64,000 nt of DNA, taken from IMG/VR virus record IMGVR_UViG_3300047562_004403, positions 1 to 64,000 of that record. One strand, 5' to 3'. A model generated the notes under the pieces. It made no database searches and was not told the DNA's origin. It was given only the letters and a program-made list of their open reading frames with translations. The position numbers and the translations under genes are program-made. Positions 29,485 through 40,189 of this stretch are shown here, one piece after another. The DNA is from a virus. Position 1 is the stretch's first letter; each line of letters opens with the position of its first letter.

Positions 29485-30183
29485 CTAGCCGTAGTACTTA
29501 GAGCCTTTTTCCAGATTGGCTTTAGCGCTTAGGACTTGAAGTTGAGCATTTATCATATGATAATCAAACCAACGCTCCGCTAAATCTGTATCTTTAAAAT
29601 AACACTTTGTTCCTCGGCAATATACATCTATTCTTTCCAAATCCACCCTTTCGTCTCTGCACCATTCCTCTACAAGGTTTTTAAATGGATAACGATGATC
29701 GATATGAAACATCGCCGCTTCAATAAAGTCCCCACTCATAGGGCATTTTAAAGGCTTCTTTTTGAGTTGGCGAAGAACACTTGTTCTGAAAGTTTTGATT
29801 TGTGGCTCGATGATTTGTCTCATCGCCACTAGAGCATCTTTTTTATTTTGTTTGTATTCTGGCACAGCAATTGTTCTCGGGAAAAGAGCGCTGACCACTT
29901 GACCTTTTCCTAACCACACCTCTCTTTTTGACCTCGATGTGATCATAACAATGCCCTTCACCGCTCTACCCTGAAATTTTTTATTACGTATTTTATAACG
30001 TACTACTCCGCGATCCTTTATACTCTTCCACTTCGGAACAAGATCAATTACACAATTTAAAAATTCTTCGTCGGATCCTTTTACAAAATAATTACATTCA
30101 GTTCCTAGGACAATTTCACTCCACTTTTTTTCGAATCCGCTTTTTGTGTAGGTAGCGTTTTGGACGGATATTGAGTATCGCAT
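29485..30183 (-). CDS. putative nuclease with an HNH-like C-terminus and a possible DUF3223/DCL-like region
   Basis: CPMSG...FHIDHRYPF...LQVLSAKANL. Confidence 0.45.
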   Translation of the reverse strand: MRYSISVQNATYTKSGFEKKWSEIVLGTECNYFVKGSDEEFLNCVIDLVPKWKSIKDRGVVRYKIRNKKFQGRAVKGIVMITSRSKREVWLGKGQVVSALFPRTIAVPEYKQNKKDALVAMRQIIEPQIKTFRTSVLRQLKKKPLKCPMSGDFIEAAMFHIDHRYPFKNLVEEWCRDERVDLERIDVYCRGTKCYFKDTDLAERWFDYHMINAQLQVLSAKANLEKGSKYYG

Positions 30184-30863
30184 AGTATGTACTCTATTAA
30201 TTGCTCTGAGTAGTTTTTTATGTCTTTAGCATTACGTAAATGCGGATTTTTACGTAACAAAGTAGAAATACTTCTTTTTTTGACTAAGTAATCAGTAAGA
30301 AATGTTTCATCTTCTGGTTGTAGATCAGTTATCTTATGTAGCAAAACTTTATGAGAAGACATAAGATCTTCCATTGTTAACTCGTCGTTACATTCCGACT
30401 CAATAACATTGGAATATTCAGTTATTTGCGAAAAACTCATGGAAAAAGCCTGGCGCACAGCCCTTATTTTTTTAACCGATACTTGAATTTTTTCTGAGAT
30501 TTCTTCGTCAGTAACATCTGGGTTACTAATTATATATTTTCTAATTTTTAAATACAAATCAGAATAAGAACGCGGTATTTTTACGAGACGCGAATTATCT
30601 CGTAGATAATTTAACATATGAAACTGTAAACATCTATTAACCCAGGTAGAAAAATTGGCACCTTTGCTTTGATCCCAAGTATCATAGATACGAACAATAT
30701 ACTCAAGAGCGGCATCTCTGAGTTCTTCATAAGGCAACCCGGTAAAACTAGAAATTTTTCTAGCCACCTGATTTGCCTTCCACATTTGTGATATGATTTG
30801 CTCGTCTCTTTCCGAGTTTCTTCGGCGAATTTTCCTAGAATTATTAGTTGAGTTATCTATCAT
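30105..30863 (-). CDS. RNA polymerase sigma factor, SigF/sigma28-like
   Basis: Region 2: EELRDAAL...WDQSKGANFSTWVNRCL..HMLNYLRDNSRLVKIPR; region 3: TDEEISEKIQVS. Confidence 0.85.
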   Translation of the reverse strand: MIDNSTNNSRKIRRRNSERDEQIISQMWKANQVARKISSFTGLPYEELRDAALEYIVRIYDTWDQSKGANFSTWVNRCLQFHMLNYLRDNSRLVKIPRSYSDLYLKIRKYIISNPDVTDEEISEKIQVSVKKIRAVRQAFSMSFSQITEYSNVIESECNDELTMEDLMSSHKVLLHKITDLQPEDETFLTDYLVKKRSISTLLRKNPHLRNAKDIKNYSEQLIEYILCDTQYPSKTLPTQKADSKKSGVKLS

Positions 30864-31180
30864 TTTTTGGATTTTTCTATTGAATTAAGAATAAAATCTT
30901 TGAGCTGAGTTTTTGCTAAAATACCATCAGTATTTATACCTAGAAGTTCCGCTTCCTCGTCAAAAACTGCAAAGTTTGGTGTACCATCACATTCAATCTG
31001 ATCGCAAAAAGCCCACTCATCTGAAGTAACGTCCCACTCCCCGAATCCGATTGAGTAGTGCGGATATTCCTCTGATAGTTCATTTGCTGTTTCTACCCAG
31101 ACGGGTTTCATTGCGTTACATGCAACACACCCCGGCTGTTGAAAGAAAACAACTCTATACTTGAATTGTTGGTCTGTCAT
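30860..31180 (-). CDS. thioredoxin-like protein
   Basis: FFQQPGCVACNAMKP, with cis-Pro motif GTPNF. Confidence 0.8.
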   Translation of the reverse strand: MTDQQFKYRVVFFQQPGCVACNAMKPVWVETANELSEEYPHYSIGFGEWDVTSDEWAFCDQIECDGTPNFAVFDEEAELLGINTDGILAKTQLKDFILNSIEKSKK

Positions 31181-31217
31181 AAGTAATTATGATTAAATTA
31201 TTTAAAATACATTACGT

Positions 31218-31226
31218 ATTATATCA
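31218..31226 (-). promoter_or_regulatory. sigma70-type extended -10 promoter (TGaTATAAT) for the thioredoxin-sigma genes
   Basis: In the gap between terL and the thioredoxin gene. Confidence 0.5.
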
Positions 31227-31238
31227 TATAATACATAT

Positions 31239-32861
31239 TTATAAGTATTTAGTAGCAGTTGATTTTGTATAAGGGGACGATGATTTAACCCCTATAAGTC
31301 CAACATCGCTAGAAACACGTTTGCTATTCCCTTTGAAAAATGGATCATGAACTATTCTTGGTAAACGTTCTCTATTACCACCGTGAACAGTTTTACCTCC
31401 CATTATCTCATCTCTATAAACTGTAATTCCATAAACGAAAGCATCTACAAAATCATCATTTTTAATAAATGGAAAAGAACACAATTCAGAAACTCTTTCA
31501 GCAAGATTGGGTAAATTTTCATATATAGATACTGCTCCGCTTTCAATAATAGGGGCAATTGCATTAGCTCTTAATACTTTGTCCTTATTTGGCACCAACT
31601 CTTTAATTGAGATATTAACCGTGCGTTTTAAAGTTTGTATGAGAGGTACGCCTTGGGCCCTGCCTTCAATGTATATGCATCTAATCTTCCATTGTTTGAT
31701 AAGCTGGGGAAAGATTTTTTCTAAATCAGGAAATTCTAAACGATCTAGAATGTAATGTATGAGATGTAGTTTGAGATGCGCGCGGTCGTATCCCCATATA
31801 CAAATTGCTGTGTAGTCGTTCATCCTGTCGGCCTTGTATGCTGTGTCTATAGTAGCATAAATAAATCCGTACTTGTTCAAGTTTTTAGAGTGAAAATCTA
31901 ACCAAACCTCCTTTATAATAGCACCTTGTTCACCAGCAGGCCGGCCTTGATAAAGTGAATTGAAATCTTTTTCACCAATAGATTTTCTAATAGCCTGAAG
32001 ATTTTGAACTGGAAAAAACTCTGGCCAATGCGATTCGCCAAGTTTTCTTCCTAATACGTCTGTTTCTTCATCAACGCATAGAGCGGGTACATTGAGTTCC
32101 CTCCAGCCATCGGGATCGGCTTTAAGCAATTGGCCAATAACATCATCAACATGAAACCTCGTGCCCATAGAAATAATAGCATGGTTGGGTAATCCACGGG
32201 TAAGGAACTGGGTTTGAGTCCAAGCAAAAGTCGACTCCATAATTGTAACAGAATTTCCATCAGCTAAAAGGTCATCTAAAATTCCAACTCCTGGCAAATC
32301 ATCGTCGCTGATTACGCCAAAACCAAATCCGGTAACATTACCACCGGCCGAGGCAATCTTAATAAGCCCTCCGTTATTACTACGTATAGCGCCTAAATTG
32401 CATTTTTCTCTATCTATTTCGCACTCCGGAAAAATCCATTTAAACTGCTCATGAGAAATGTATTCTATAACTGCCCGCGAGTTTTCATTGGTGAGTTGAA
32501 GAGCGTAAGAACTCATAATAAATTGAGCCGTAGGACTTCTTCCTATTTGCCACGAAGGGAATATTTTTGATATGAGTAAAGATTTACCAGTTCTGGGGGG
32601 CAAAGAAATTGCTGATTGCTTATAGTCTTCTTTTCCATCTCCGATGTTTTGAAGAAACTCACCGATCACATTATGAACTTTGAATGGTGTAAATTTACCA
32701 GCTATTGGAACTTCAGAAGTTATATACCTTGCAAAGGTTAAAAAATCTGTTCTGCACTTGAGTCTTAAAAGTTCTTGTTTATCTGACGCAGAAAGAGTCT
32801 TTAACTCCTTCTCCATCTCCTTCACTTGTTTTTTCTCTTGCTTTAATTCTTTTTTATTCAT
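31239..32861 (-). CDS. terL: terminase large subunit
   Basis: ISLPPRTGKS Walker A, ILDDL Walker B, MGTRFH coupling motif, YQGRP, nuclease motifs IDTA and NDDFVDA; start taken at MNKKELK. Confidence 0.9.
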   Translation of the reverse strand: MNKKELKQEKKQVKEMEKELKTLSASDKQELLRLKCRTDFLTFARYITSEVPIAGKFTPFKVHNVIGEFLQNIGDGKEDYKQSAISLPPRTGKSLLISKIFPSWQIGRSPTAQFIMSSYALQLTNENSRAVIEYISHEQFKWIFPECEIDREKCNLGAIRSNNGGLIKIASAGGNVTGFGFGVISDDDLPGVGILDDLLADGNSVTIMESTFAWTQTQFLTRGLPNHAIISMGTRFHVDDVIGQLLKADPDGWRELNVPALCVDEETDVLGRKLGESHWPEFFPVQNLQAIRKSIGEKDFNSLYQGRPAGEQGAIIKEVWLDFHSKNLNKYGFIYATIDTAYKADRMNDYTAICIWGYDRAHLKLHLIHYILDRLEFPDLEKIFPQLIKQWKIRCIYIEGRAQGVPLIQTLKRTVNISIKELVPNKDKVLRANAIAPIIESGAVSIYENLPNLAERVSELCSFPFIKNDDFVDAFVYGITVYRDEIMGGKTVHGGNRERLPRIVHDPFFKGNSKRVSSDVGLIGVKSSSPYTKSTATKYL

Positions 32862-32865
32862 TATA

Positions 32866-35775
32866 TTAGCATTCGGCCTCACCGGTCTGAGCACGGTTTT
32901 GCTGATAATCAATCTGATCGAGTAGTGAATTTATATCAGGATTGTCACTAGATGCAATATTTGCTGGAAGTTTACCACTAAATAGCGATTCTGGCTCCGG
33001 AGGCAATGGAGAATTAATTTTTGAAGAAATAGAATCATTCAGAGCTCTATTCTTATCTCGTACAGTTAAGCATTTATCAAATGCCAAAGGAACATCGACA
33101 GGAATTAAGCCTAAAATAAACTTTGTTATATCAACTAGTCCCCCTCCCGGTTCCATAGACTTCCATTCTTTATCAGCTGTATTTAAAAAATTAGAGGTTA
33201 TAAAGTTTGCCTCGGCTTTAGATGTAGAGTTTAATGCAGCAATTCTAGTTATATTTTTAAAGACAGTGGATAGACTATCTGTAACAGTTACTCCTACACC
33301 GGCTCCATGCTTAGTGGCATCTAATCTTTTTACATAATTATATGTATCTTGAATAGCTTTAGAAGTATCTACAATACTTAATAGTGTTTTAGAAAAAAAT
33401 GATCCGTTTCCTACCATTAACTTATTTATTAGTCGATACTGAGCATCAATTAATTTTCTTTCCACAGACTCAACTCTTGTAATATTATTATCTGTTTGTT
33501 TGAATGCTTTTTCTATTGTCTCAAATGTATACATCATCTCTGTCCAAAGTTCTGGCCAATCAGCATTTTTAGCACTATCAAGTCTATCGGCCATCTCACC
33601 GAGCCTTTTTACATTTTGAATAAGTTGTGTAAGATCGCTAACATTAGGAATACATAAATCTTCGCCTATTTTTGTCGGAATAAGATCTAAAATTTTTGCA
33701 ACGGTATTTTCATTGTTGGTGGTGGGATCACCATCAGGAGCATAAGAACTATGACTATTAGCTACAACATTTCCGCACTTCTCCAGAAGAACGTTACCAT
33801 CGGAGTCTTCTGAGTGTTCTGTTTTTCTGCATTTAGGATCGCAAGGGCATTCACCTCCACCTGCACCTAAACCAGAAAAAATTGAACCTAAACCGGGAAT
33901 CGCCCCAAGAATTGAAGATATGCCATTCAACCCTGCTAGATCTAAAAGGCCATCCAATCCTAATCCGCCATTGCCTAACAAGGCAAATAAATTTTTTCCT
34001 TCGCCTAAAAGCTCAAGCGCAGTTGTAGCTAATTGAGGTATGCCACTCAATCCGCCCAAATTAGGCATCCCTGGCAAGTTAGAAAAATTAGAAATTGCTC
34101 CAGCGATTAAACCTAAGTCCCCCGAGGAAAGTGCTTGAGATACTGATTCAGTTAAACTCTGAGGTAAATTACCTATTCCGCCCGCAGTTGAGATAAGATT
34201 GTTAATAACGCTTGTGAGTGGGGTATTAACTAGCCCCAGAGCCGAAGTAAAAATTTTGTTAATAGCATCAGATTTACCCGCAATAGTGTCTTTTCCAGCT
34301 TCCCAAACGGGTAAAATATACTTAGATACTTCATCAGGAAGTTTAGACATACCATATAATGCGGCTGTATCAATGGCTGCTAATGCTCCGCCGCTTATAT
34401 ATGCTGAATATACTCCTCTAGTTTGCGGGGCAAGAGATCTTATAGAAGAATTAATAGCATTTTTTCCTACGGTTTTATATGAGTTCTCAAGAGAATTAGT
34501 TGTTATTCCTTGAGCAATTATTTCTCCTGTAGTTCCGGCAGCATCGAGAGTTTTTTGAAGCTCACTATCTATCACTCCGCCATTGCTTATTGCTAAAGCT
34601 AATTTTAGTGCTATAGAATCGGATTCTGCACCTATAGAATTGGCAATCATCAAAATAGAAATATTTCTATATATCTCTGAAGAATTAAATGTTGGTGGTA
34701 GTATATTTGCAGCGGTGAGGGCTTGTTTGAGTTTGGGATCTGTTCCTGTTGGAGAAGTTGCGGATGCTATTAGGTCTAAAACTGGCTTTACTGGAATATT
34801 TGAAGATGAATCTTCAAAAGCAGGTACGTCTGTCTTACTATCTAGAAAATCTTTCTTACTTAATGGTGGATCTTCTCTATGAAATTGTATGGGTTCTCTT
34901 TTTCCTGCATTAATCCACTTCATCTCCCCTTGATATCTTAGACAGCAAATTCGCTGAGAATTTAATCCTTCGTCTAAAATAGCATCCATTCCATGAAATT
35001 TCTCGGTACAATCCGGAAGAGTTGTTTTAAAAAATACAGGTGTAGCACTGAGAGGTTTCCAGTTCCAGTCACCATTCTCATCTCTTCCGCACTTAATCTG
35101 AAAGTCCCTAAACTTACGATCTTCGGCAAAATTACGAACGTCTCCGTCCATTGCCTCATTACACTCAGGCACTCCTTTCTTTTCGGAAAGATTAGAAGCT
35201 ATTTTACCTTTTAATCCTGGGTCAAATCCTTTCTCTATCCATTTAGAGTTGGTAAGAGATTTCCAATTCCAAACTTCTTCTCCGCCTTCTTGGGGGTTAT
35301 TACGTCTTACGCATATTACTAAGTCTTGGTTACTTTCATTTTGAAGAAGATAAAGTCTACCGGCGTTTCCTTTATTGCATTTTGTCCCTTTATCACCAGA
35401 AGCTTCATATGCTCCTAATTGTTCATCTAAAATAGGAATTTGTAAAGGCGCTCCCCCGGAACCTATGTTAGGATTCTTATTAAAAAATCCTAAAACAAAT
35501 GTATCATTGGAATTTCCGTGCGCTTTGCCAATTAAGCAAGAAGATCCAATTACCTGGGCACTAAGTACTCCTTTACCACTATTTAGTACATATGTCCAAT
35601 CACTAGTCGTACCATCTTGATATTCTACTTTTACTCTGCTTAAATTTTTGGGGTCTGAAACAGAAATCACAGTGGCAACTTCATTAAAAGGATCCCCATA
35701 AACCCCACCAACCGATTCTGAAATTCGAGCTACTTGCTCTTTTATCTGTTGGAGTTCAGTAAAAAATGAAGACAT
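32866..35775 (-). CDS. gp5/gpV-like baseplate spike (N-terminal OB fold) with a long C-terminal extension
   Basis: ATVISVSDPKNLSRVKVEY...SDW...VLG OB-fold signature; located in the baseplate operon. Confidence 0.65.
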   Translation of the reverse strand: MSSFFTELQQIKEQVARISESVGGVYGDPFNEVATVISVSDPKNLSRVKVEYQDGTTSDWTYVLNSGKGVLSAQVIGSSCLIGKAHGNSNDTFVLGFFNKNPNIGSGGAPLQIPILDEQLGAYEASGDKGTKCNKGNAGRLYLLQNESNQDLVICVRRNNPQEGGEEVWNWKSLTNSKWIEKGFDPGLKGKIASNLSEKKGVPECNEAMDGDVRNFAEDRKFRDFQIKCGRDENGDWNWKPLSATPVFFKTTLPDCTEKFHGMDAILDEGLNSQRICCLRYQGEMKWINAGKREPIQFHREDPPLSKKDFLDSKTDVPAFEDSSSNIPVKPVLDLIASATSPTGTDPKLKQALTAANILPPTFNSSEIYRNISILMIANSIGAESDSIALKLALAISNGGVIDSELQKTLDAAGTTGEIIAQGITTNSLENSYKTVGKNAINSSIRSLAPQTRGVYSAYISGGALAAIDTAALYGMSKLPDEVSKYILPVWEAGKDTIAGKSDAINKIFTSALGLVNTPLTSVINNLISTAGGIGNLPQSLTESVSQALSSGDLGLIAGAISNFSNLPGMPNLGGLSGIPQLATTALELLGEGKNLFALLGNGGLGLDGLLDLAGLNGISSILGAIPGLGSIFSGLGAGGGECPCDPKCRKTEHSEDSDGNVLLEKCGNVVANSHSSYAPDGDPTTNNENTVAKILDLIPTKIGEDLCIPNVSDLTQLIQNVKRLGEMADRLDSAKNADWPELWTEMMYTFETIEKAFKQTDNNITRVESVERKLIDAQYRLINKLMVGNGSFFSKTLLSIVDTSKAIQDTYNYVKRLDATKHGAGVGVTVTDSLSTVFKNITRIAALNSTSKAEANFITSNFLNTADKEWKSMEPGGGLVDITKFILGLIPVDVPLAFDKCLTVRDKNRALNDSISSKINSPLPPEPESLFSGKLPANIASSDNPDINSLLDQIDYQQNRAQTGEAEC

Positions 35776-35796
35776 TTTAACAAATTAAAAACCAAT

Positions 35797-36729
35797 TTAA
35801 TTTCCGAGGGCTATATAAGTTATAGTAATTTGAGTATTAACAGAAACAGGAGCTCTATTTACAGCCTTAATATAAATCGTAGAGTTATCTGTCCATCCTA
35901 TAGCCCCTGGTGTAATTTTTTTCGTCTCACCATTTAATTGAGCAGTTACAATATCAACAATTACACCAGATCCTTCCGCAGGAGGATCACCTTGTAATCT
36001 ACTCGCATCATCAGTCCTACTAGCGTCATCAGTATATAAGGTCACCCACGTTGGTTGGTTAGTTTCTACTTTGAGAAGGGCAAATGATTCTGGCATATCA
36101 TCAAAAAATCTAAGAATAGTTTCACCAACTTCTACACTACTGCCAGCACTAATCGTCTTTGTTGTTTTTGTAAAACTTGGGGCATTTCTTGGCACCCAAT
36201 TAGTTCCGTTCCAACTAAGTACTTGATTATTGCTAAGACTAACGTCACTTATGGATACATCCGTATGATTATCAATAGATCCTAAAGAAGTTAAATAGCC
36301 CTCGTTGGCATGGTTACCCCAGGAATAGGCTGTGTTCCAATCGGCTGTTGACTCAGATGTTACACCAGGAAGTAAATCGGATATACTACCCGGTACCCAC
36401 TGTCCTGAGCTTGCGCTCCATCGCAAAACATTCTTATCACTAGGAGAAGTAGTGACAGTGTTTACGTCCGTGTGATTATTGATAGATCCAATTGCTGTTA
36501 AGTAATTACTTTCAGCATGATTACCCCAAGAATAAGCCTCATCCCATCCGGAAACTCTTGTAGGTGCAAATAATGAATCTCTTAAGCTAGATAGTGTTGT
36601 TCTTTTAGAAGTACCAGAGATAGAAGAAGTTAGATCGCTTTCATCTATTACTAAAAATACATCACCATCAGACAATGAATTAATCAGTCCTAGGTCTGTA
36701 ATTTTTTTGGGAGTTAAGGTTGTTGACAT
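35797..36729 (-). CDS. tail fibre protein
   Basis: KKITDL N-terminal adaptor; duplicated W.xAYSWGNHA..YLT..GSI.NHTDV...VL.W repeats. Confidence 0.7.
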   Translation of the reverse strand: MSTTLTPKKITDLGLINSLSDGDVFLVIDESDLTSSISGTSKRTTLSSLRDSLFAPTRVSGWDEAYSWGNHAESNYLTAIGSINNHTDVNTVTTSPSDKNVLRWSASSGQWVPGSISDLLPGVTSESTADWNTAYSWGNHANEGYLTSLGSIDNHTDVSISDVSLSNNQVLSWNGTNWVPRNAPSFTKTTKTISAGSSVEVGETILRFFDDMPESFALLKVETNQPTWVTLYTDDASRTDDASRLQGDPPAEGSGVIVDIVTAQLNGETKKITPGAIGWTDNSTIYIKAVNRAPVSVNTQITITYIALGN

Positions 36730-36731
36730 GG

Positions 36732-38903
36732 TTAATAGTTATAAATTAATTGTGTTCCGTCTTCTAAAGTCAAGAAATTAGACCCATCTTCTGTGGTTAG
36801 TAATGGCATTCCTTCTTCTATAATACCTTCATCTATTATTTCTAATTCGAAAAAAGCATCGCCTACTGCCCACAAATCTGCAGATAAATACGGATATTGG
36901 ATTCTTACGTTTAAATTAGATGGCATCCAATTAGACGCAATATACGAAACTTTATCCCAAGATCTTCCGTCTCTGTTGTAATAATATGGCATTCTAAAGA
37001 ATACAACTTTGCTTTGTTCTGGGGTACAAACTTTACTCACATCTGCAATAAGTTGATTAGTAAAATTATTTATTTTAGCATCTTCAACTGTACCTACTTG
37101 GATCGTATCAGGCTTATATGGTGTAAGTACGGGGGCATTTATTTCAGCCTCACGAAGGCCTGTTCTTGGTTTAAAAACTTTTTTATTAATATCCGTAACC
37201 TCTAATTCTAGAGGGCTATGTGCTTTAAGCCCTAGAGCAGAAGTTAAAAACATTACGTTTAAAAAACTACCTTTTGATTCTATAAGCCCGTTCCACTTAG
37301 TCTTATCTATTGTAACAGTATCTACATAATCCAAAGAAACCTTATTAGTCTCATCGGAAAAACTTTTAAGTTTAATTGCATCAAAGAAATAATAAATCTT
37401 ATTATCGAATACAACAAATCTTTCTTTTTCGTCAAATTTTACTCTTAGGAAATTTTCTTGTTCAGAGTTTTCTGCCCATTCCTTATTTGTAAATGGAAAT
37501 TTATTAAGAGTTTCGCCTTTTAAAGTTAAAACACTACCTCTACCTGGTAATTCTGTACTTATTGTTCTATCCCACCATCCGAACGCATTATTAATCATCA
37601 ATCGCTTTATTCTTTTATCCCAATCCGGATTCCATAGAGGCCCGAAAAGACCAAGATGTTGCGCTAACCAATCTAGTAATGCCGGGTTACATTTATCCGG
37701 ATCTAAATAATCAAGATAGAATGAAGCAATAGAATCTTTTTTATTGGAAAGAAACTCATCTGCTCCTGATACTAACCATTTAGATGGTGCTTCAGCACTA
37801 GAGAAAGCGGGATCAGTTCGATATCCTTCGGATATACCGGGTAGTCTTGAGTATATTGGACGCGATATAGAATCTTTTTCATACTCAACTTTAGATGCTT
37901 TTAAGAAACTATTTGTTGTTTGAACAACTGACCGAAGAAGACTTTTTATTCGATCGTATACCCTGGCTATAAAATCAAATCCGCTTGTAGAGTTTAAGAA
38001 ACGCGAAGAAAATTCTTGAGTAATTATCTCGGAGCATCTGCTTTTCCACTCTTCATCCAAATCAGAAAAATATTCTGAAAGCGAATCTTTTATCTTCTCA
38101 TTAGTTATTGAATAAAGTCTCTCATTTGTATAACCTTCTGAAGTTTGCGGATAAGTCGATGTAATTATTTTTCTTATAAATTTTTCCTTTCTATCTTCTA
38201 TTCCTCCTGCGCTATTTCTGATATATGAGTCTAAGAAGTCTTCAGAAAAATAAAATACGGGCGGGAGCAAAATTGTGGAGTTTATACTTGCCGGTTTATT
38301 AATTTCAATCTTTATAGGATCTCCTGTTGAAGAATAAGTAGTATATATTCCACGTACCACTGTTGGAAGTTCTACGGACTTTAGACTGGGCAAATAATAC
38401 ACAAGAGGTAAATCTAAATTTCCGTACGTATTTTTAGAAGTATATTTCCATTTTGAGTCGTTAATTTTTTCTAATGTCCCAATTACACACTTTGCTGGAT
38501 TGCATTTAGAATCTGTACCAAAACCTTTAGCGCATTTTAAGCCATACATTGTGCAAGATTCTTTGCCTATACGAGAAGAACCACCCAAAGGATGCCCATG
38601 GGATAAAATTTCATATGAGTAATTATCACCATTCACACGAGGAATAACATTACTACTCGAATAAACATGACCTATGTTTTTATATACAAATCCGCTCGAA
38701 GTTAATTTATTAATATTAACATCAATTACTTTTTGTCTATTAATATTTAAGTCATTGTTACTAACAAAGTCAATAGCCCCGAGCTTATGCGCAAATATCT
38801 TTTGTTGCTTTGTTCTTTCGAACTCTACTACAACATGAGCAGGAGATAGAATCGGATTACGTCTACCAGTCTTTTTTATACTATTCCAACTAGAAAGATT
38901 CAT
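36732..38903 (-). CDS. baseplate/tail protein with a P2 gpI-like domain
   Basis: YLDPDKCNPALLDWLAQHLG...WDKRIKRLMI; follows the gpJ-like gene. Confidence 0.7.
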   Translation of the reverse strand: MNLSSWNSIKKTGRRNPILSPAHVVVEFERTKQQKIFAHKLGAIDFVSNNDLNINRQKVIDVNINKLTSSGFVYKNIGHVYSSSNVIPRVNGDNYSYEILSHGHPLGGSSRIGKESCTMYGLKCAKGFGTDSKCNPAKCVIGTLEKINDSKWKYTSKNTYGNLDLPLVYYLPSLKSVELPTVVRGIYTTYSSTGDPIKIEINKPASINSTILLPPVFYFSEDFLDSYIRNSAGGIEDRKEKFIRKIITSTYPQTSEGYTNERLYSITNEKIKDSLSEYFSDLDEEWKSRCSEIITQEFSSRFLNSTSGFDFIARVYDRIKSLLRSVVQTTNSFLKASKVEYEKDSISRPIYSRLPGISEGYRTDPAFSSAEAPSKWLVSGADEFLSNKKDSIASFYLDYLDPDKCNPALLDWLAQHLGLFGPLWNPDWDKRIKRLMINNAFGWWDRTISTELPGRGSVLTLKGETLNKFPFTNKEWAENSEQENFLRVKFDEKERFVVFDNKIYYFFDAIKLKSFSDETNKVSLDYVDTVTIDKTKWNGLIESKGSFLNVMFLTSALGLKAHSPLELEVTDINKKVFKPRTGLREAEINAPVLTPYKPDTIQVGTVEDAKINNFTNQLIADVSKVCTPEQSKVVFFRMPYYYNRDGRSWDKVSYIASNWMPSNLNVRIQYPYLSADLWAVGDAFFELEIIDEGIIEEGMPLLTTEDGSNFLTLEDGTQLIYNY

Positions 38904-40189
38904 GGGGTATATAGATTTTCATAATAAAATGTTAAAGGAGAAAAATCTCTAATAGATGTAAAACCTATTTGCGCTCTATATAGCTTATAAGACGATATAG
39001 GAGACAGAGCGGATTGCGTTTGATTATTTATATCTACAACTCCTAAATATTCATAGTTGCAAGCTTCTCCTTCTTCATCTTCTTCTCCTTGAAATCCTGC
39101 GCAAAATCCTTCTATTACTGCGGGATTTTTTATCATGCTTTTAATATCTAATCTATTAATAGAATTCACAAAATCAAAAGAATATAAAATTTTAAGCATC
39201 TCCTGGTAAGAAAGTTGTGAACCTAATGGTAAATTAGTGGGATTTATGTAAGACTTTAGTCCTTCAATTATTTGCGACGAAAGAAAATCCACCGATCCCG
39301 AAATAGTAGTAGGATCGTAATATATCTCTATAGTGACATCTACAGGAATTATGTCTGGAGCTATGAAAGAAATATTTGTTCCTATTGTCACTCTAGATTT
39401 AATAGAGTTAATTAAAAAAGATAAATTAGACGAGCTTAATTCCTTACCATTTTCATCTCCTACACAAATTACTATATTTCCGGAAAATGATTCCGATAGA
39501 TTATTTCTTTCCTCGTACGTAAGAACTTTTACAATATTAGTCTCAGGTACAAGAATTCTGACTTCATTTTCAAAATCTACAGAAGTAGTTAAATTTCTCC
39601 TACTTAAAACCTCAAAAGCTCTTTGCTTCATCTGAGATACGGATTCTGTATCAGTACCACCTACCGCTTCTGCCTCGTTTCTTAAAAATTCTAATCCGGC
39701 AAAATTTTTCTCTATTTTATTTATCTCACCAACTCCTACGTTATAAGCTGCTCCCCATCTTTCTGATTGACACGCTACTGTTTTAGAGAATTCAGTTTCT
39801 GGTATTCTAACTTCTTCCAAAGTTGTAAATACTTGTCCTCCATTTGCAACAAGTTTTGTTCCTCTAGGAATTATTAAAACTCTTAAAAATCCTGGCACTT
39901 TATAAAAAGTAACATCAACAAGCGACCTACTTCCTATTTTTCTTTGTACTCCTAATTGTCTAAGCCATTGCAAACTAAAGGCTTCAGGAAGATTATTCAG
40001 ATAATAAAGGAGCTCAGATTGGGCAAAAGCCTGACCTTCACTGATTGCTGATAAAGGAGACGACGGAGTAAAGTCATTAAGATCTCCGCCAGATTCTAGA
40101 TAAATTCTAGTTTGAATAGCCCGTACTAAAGCGTCAGTATTTCTACTATCAAGTTGTAGCGGAAGTATAGGACCGTAAATGTTAGCCAT
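38900..40189 (-). CDS. baseplate J-like protein
   Basis: LDSRN, DFTPSSP, IPRGT, GAAYNV, AVGGTDTES...R. Confidence 0.85.
   Translation of the reverse strand: MANIYGPILPLQLDSRNTDALVRAIQTRIYLESGGDLNDFTPSSPLSAISEGQAFAQSELLYYLNNLPEAFSLQWLRQLGVQRKIGSRSLVDVTFYKVPGFLRVLIIPRGTKLVANGGQVFTTLEEVRIPETEFSKTVACQSERWGAAYNVGVGEINKIEKNFAGLEFLRNEAEAVGGTDTESVSQMKQRAFEVLSRRNLTTSVDFENEVRILVPETNIVKVLTYEERNNLSESFSGNIVICVGDENGKELSSSNLSFLINSIKSRVTIGTNISFIAPDIIPVDVTIEIYYDPTTISGSVDFLSSQIIEGLKSYINPTNLPLGSQLSYQEMLKILYSFDFVNSINRLDIKSMIKNPAVIEGFCAGFQGEEDEEGEACNYEYLGVVDINNQTQSALSPISSYKLYRAQIGFTSIRDFSPLTFYYENLYTP

Noticed and set aside
32862-32912. Upstream start for terL
   Set aside because: It overlaps the spike gene; ATG 32861, just after that gene's stop, fits better.
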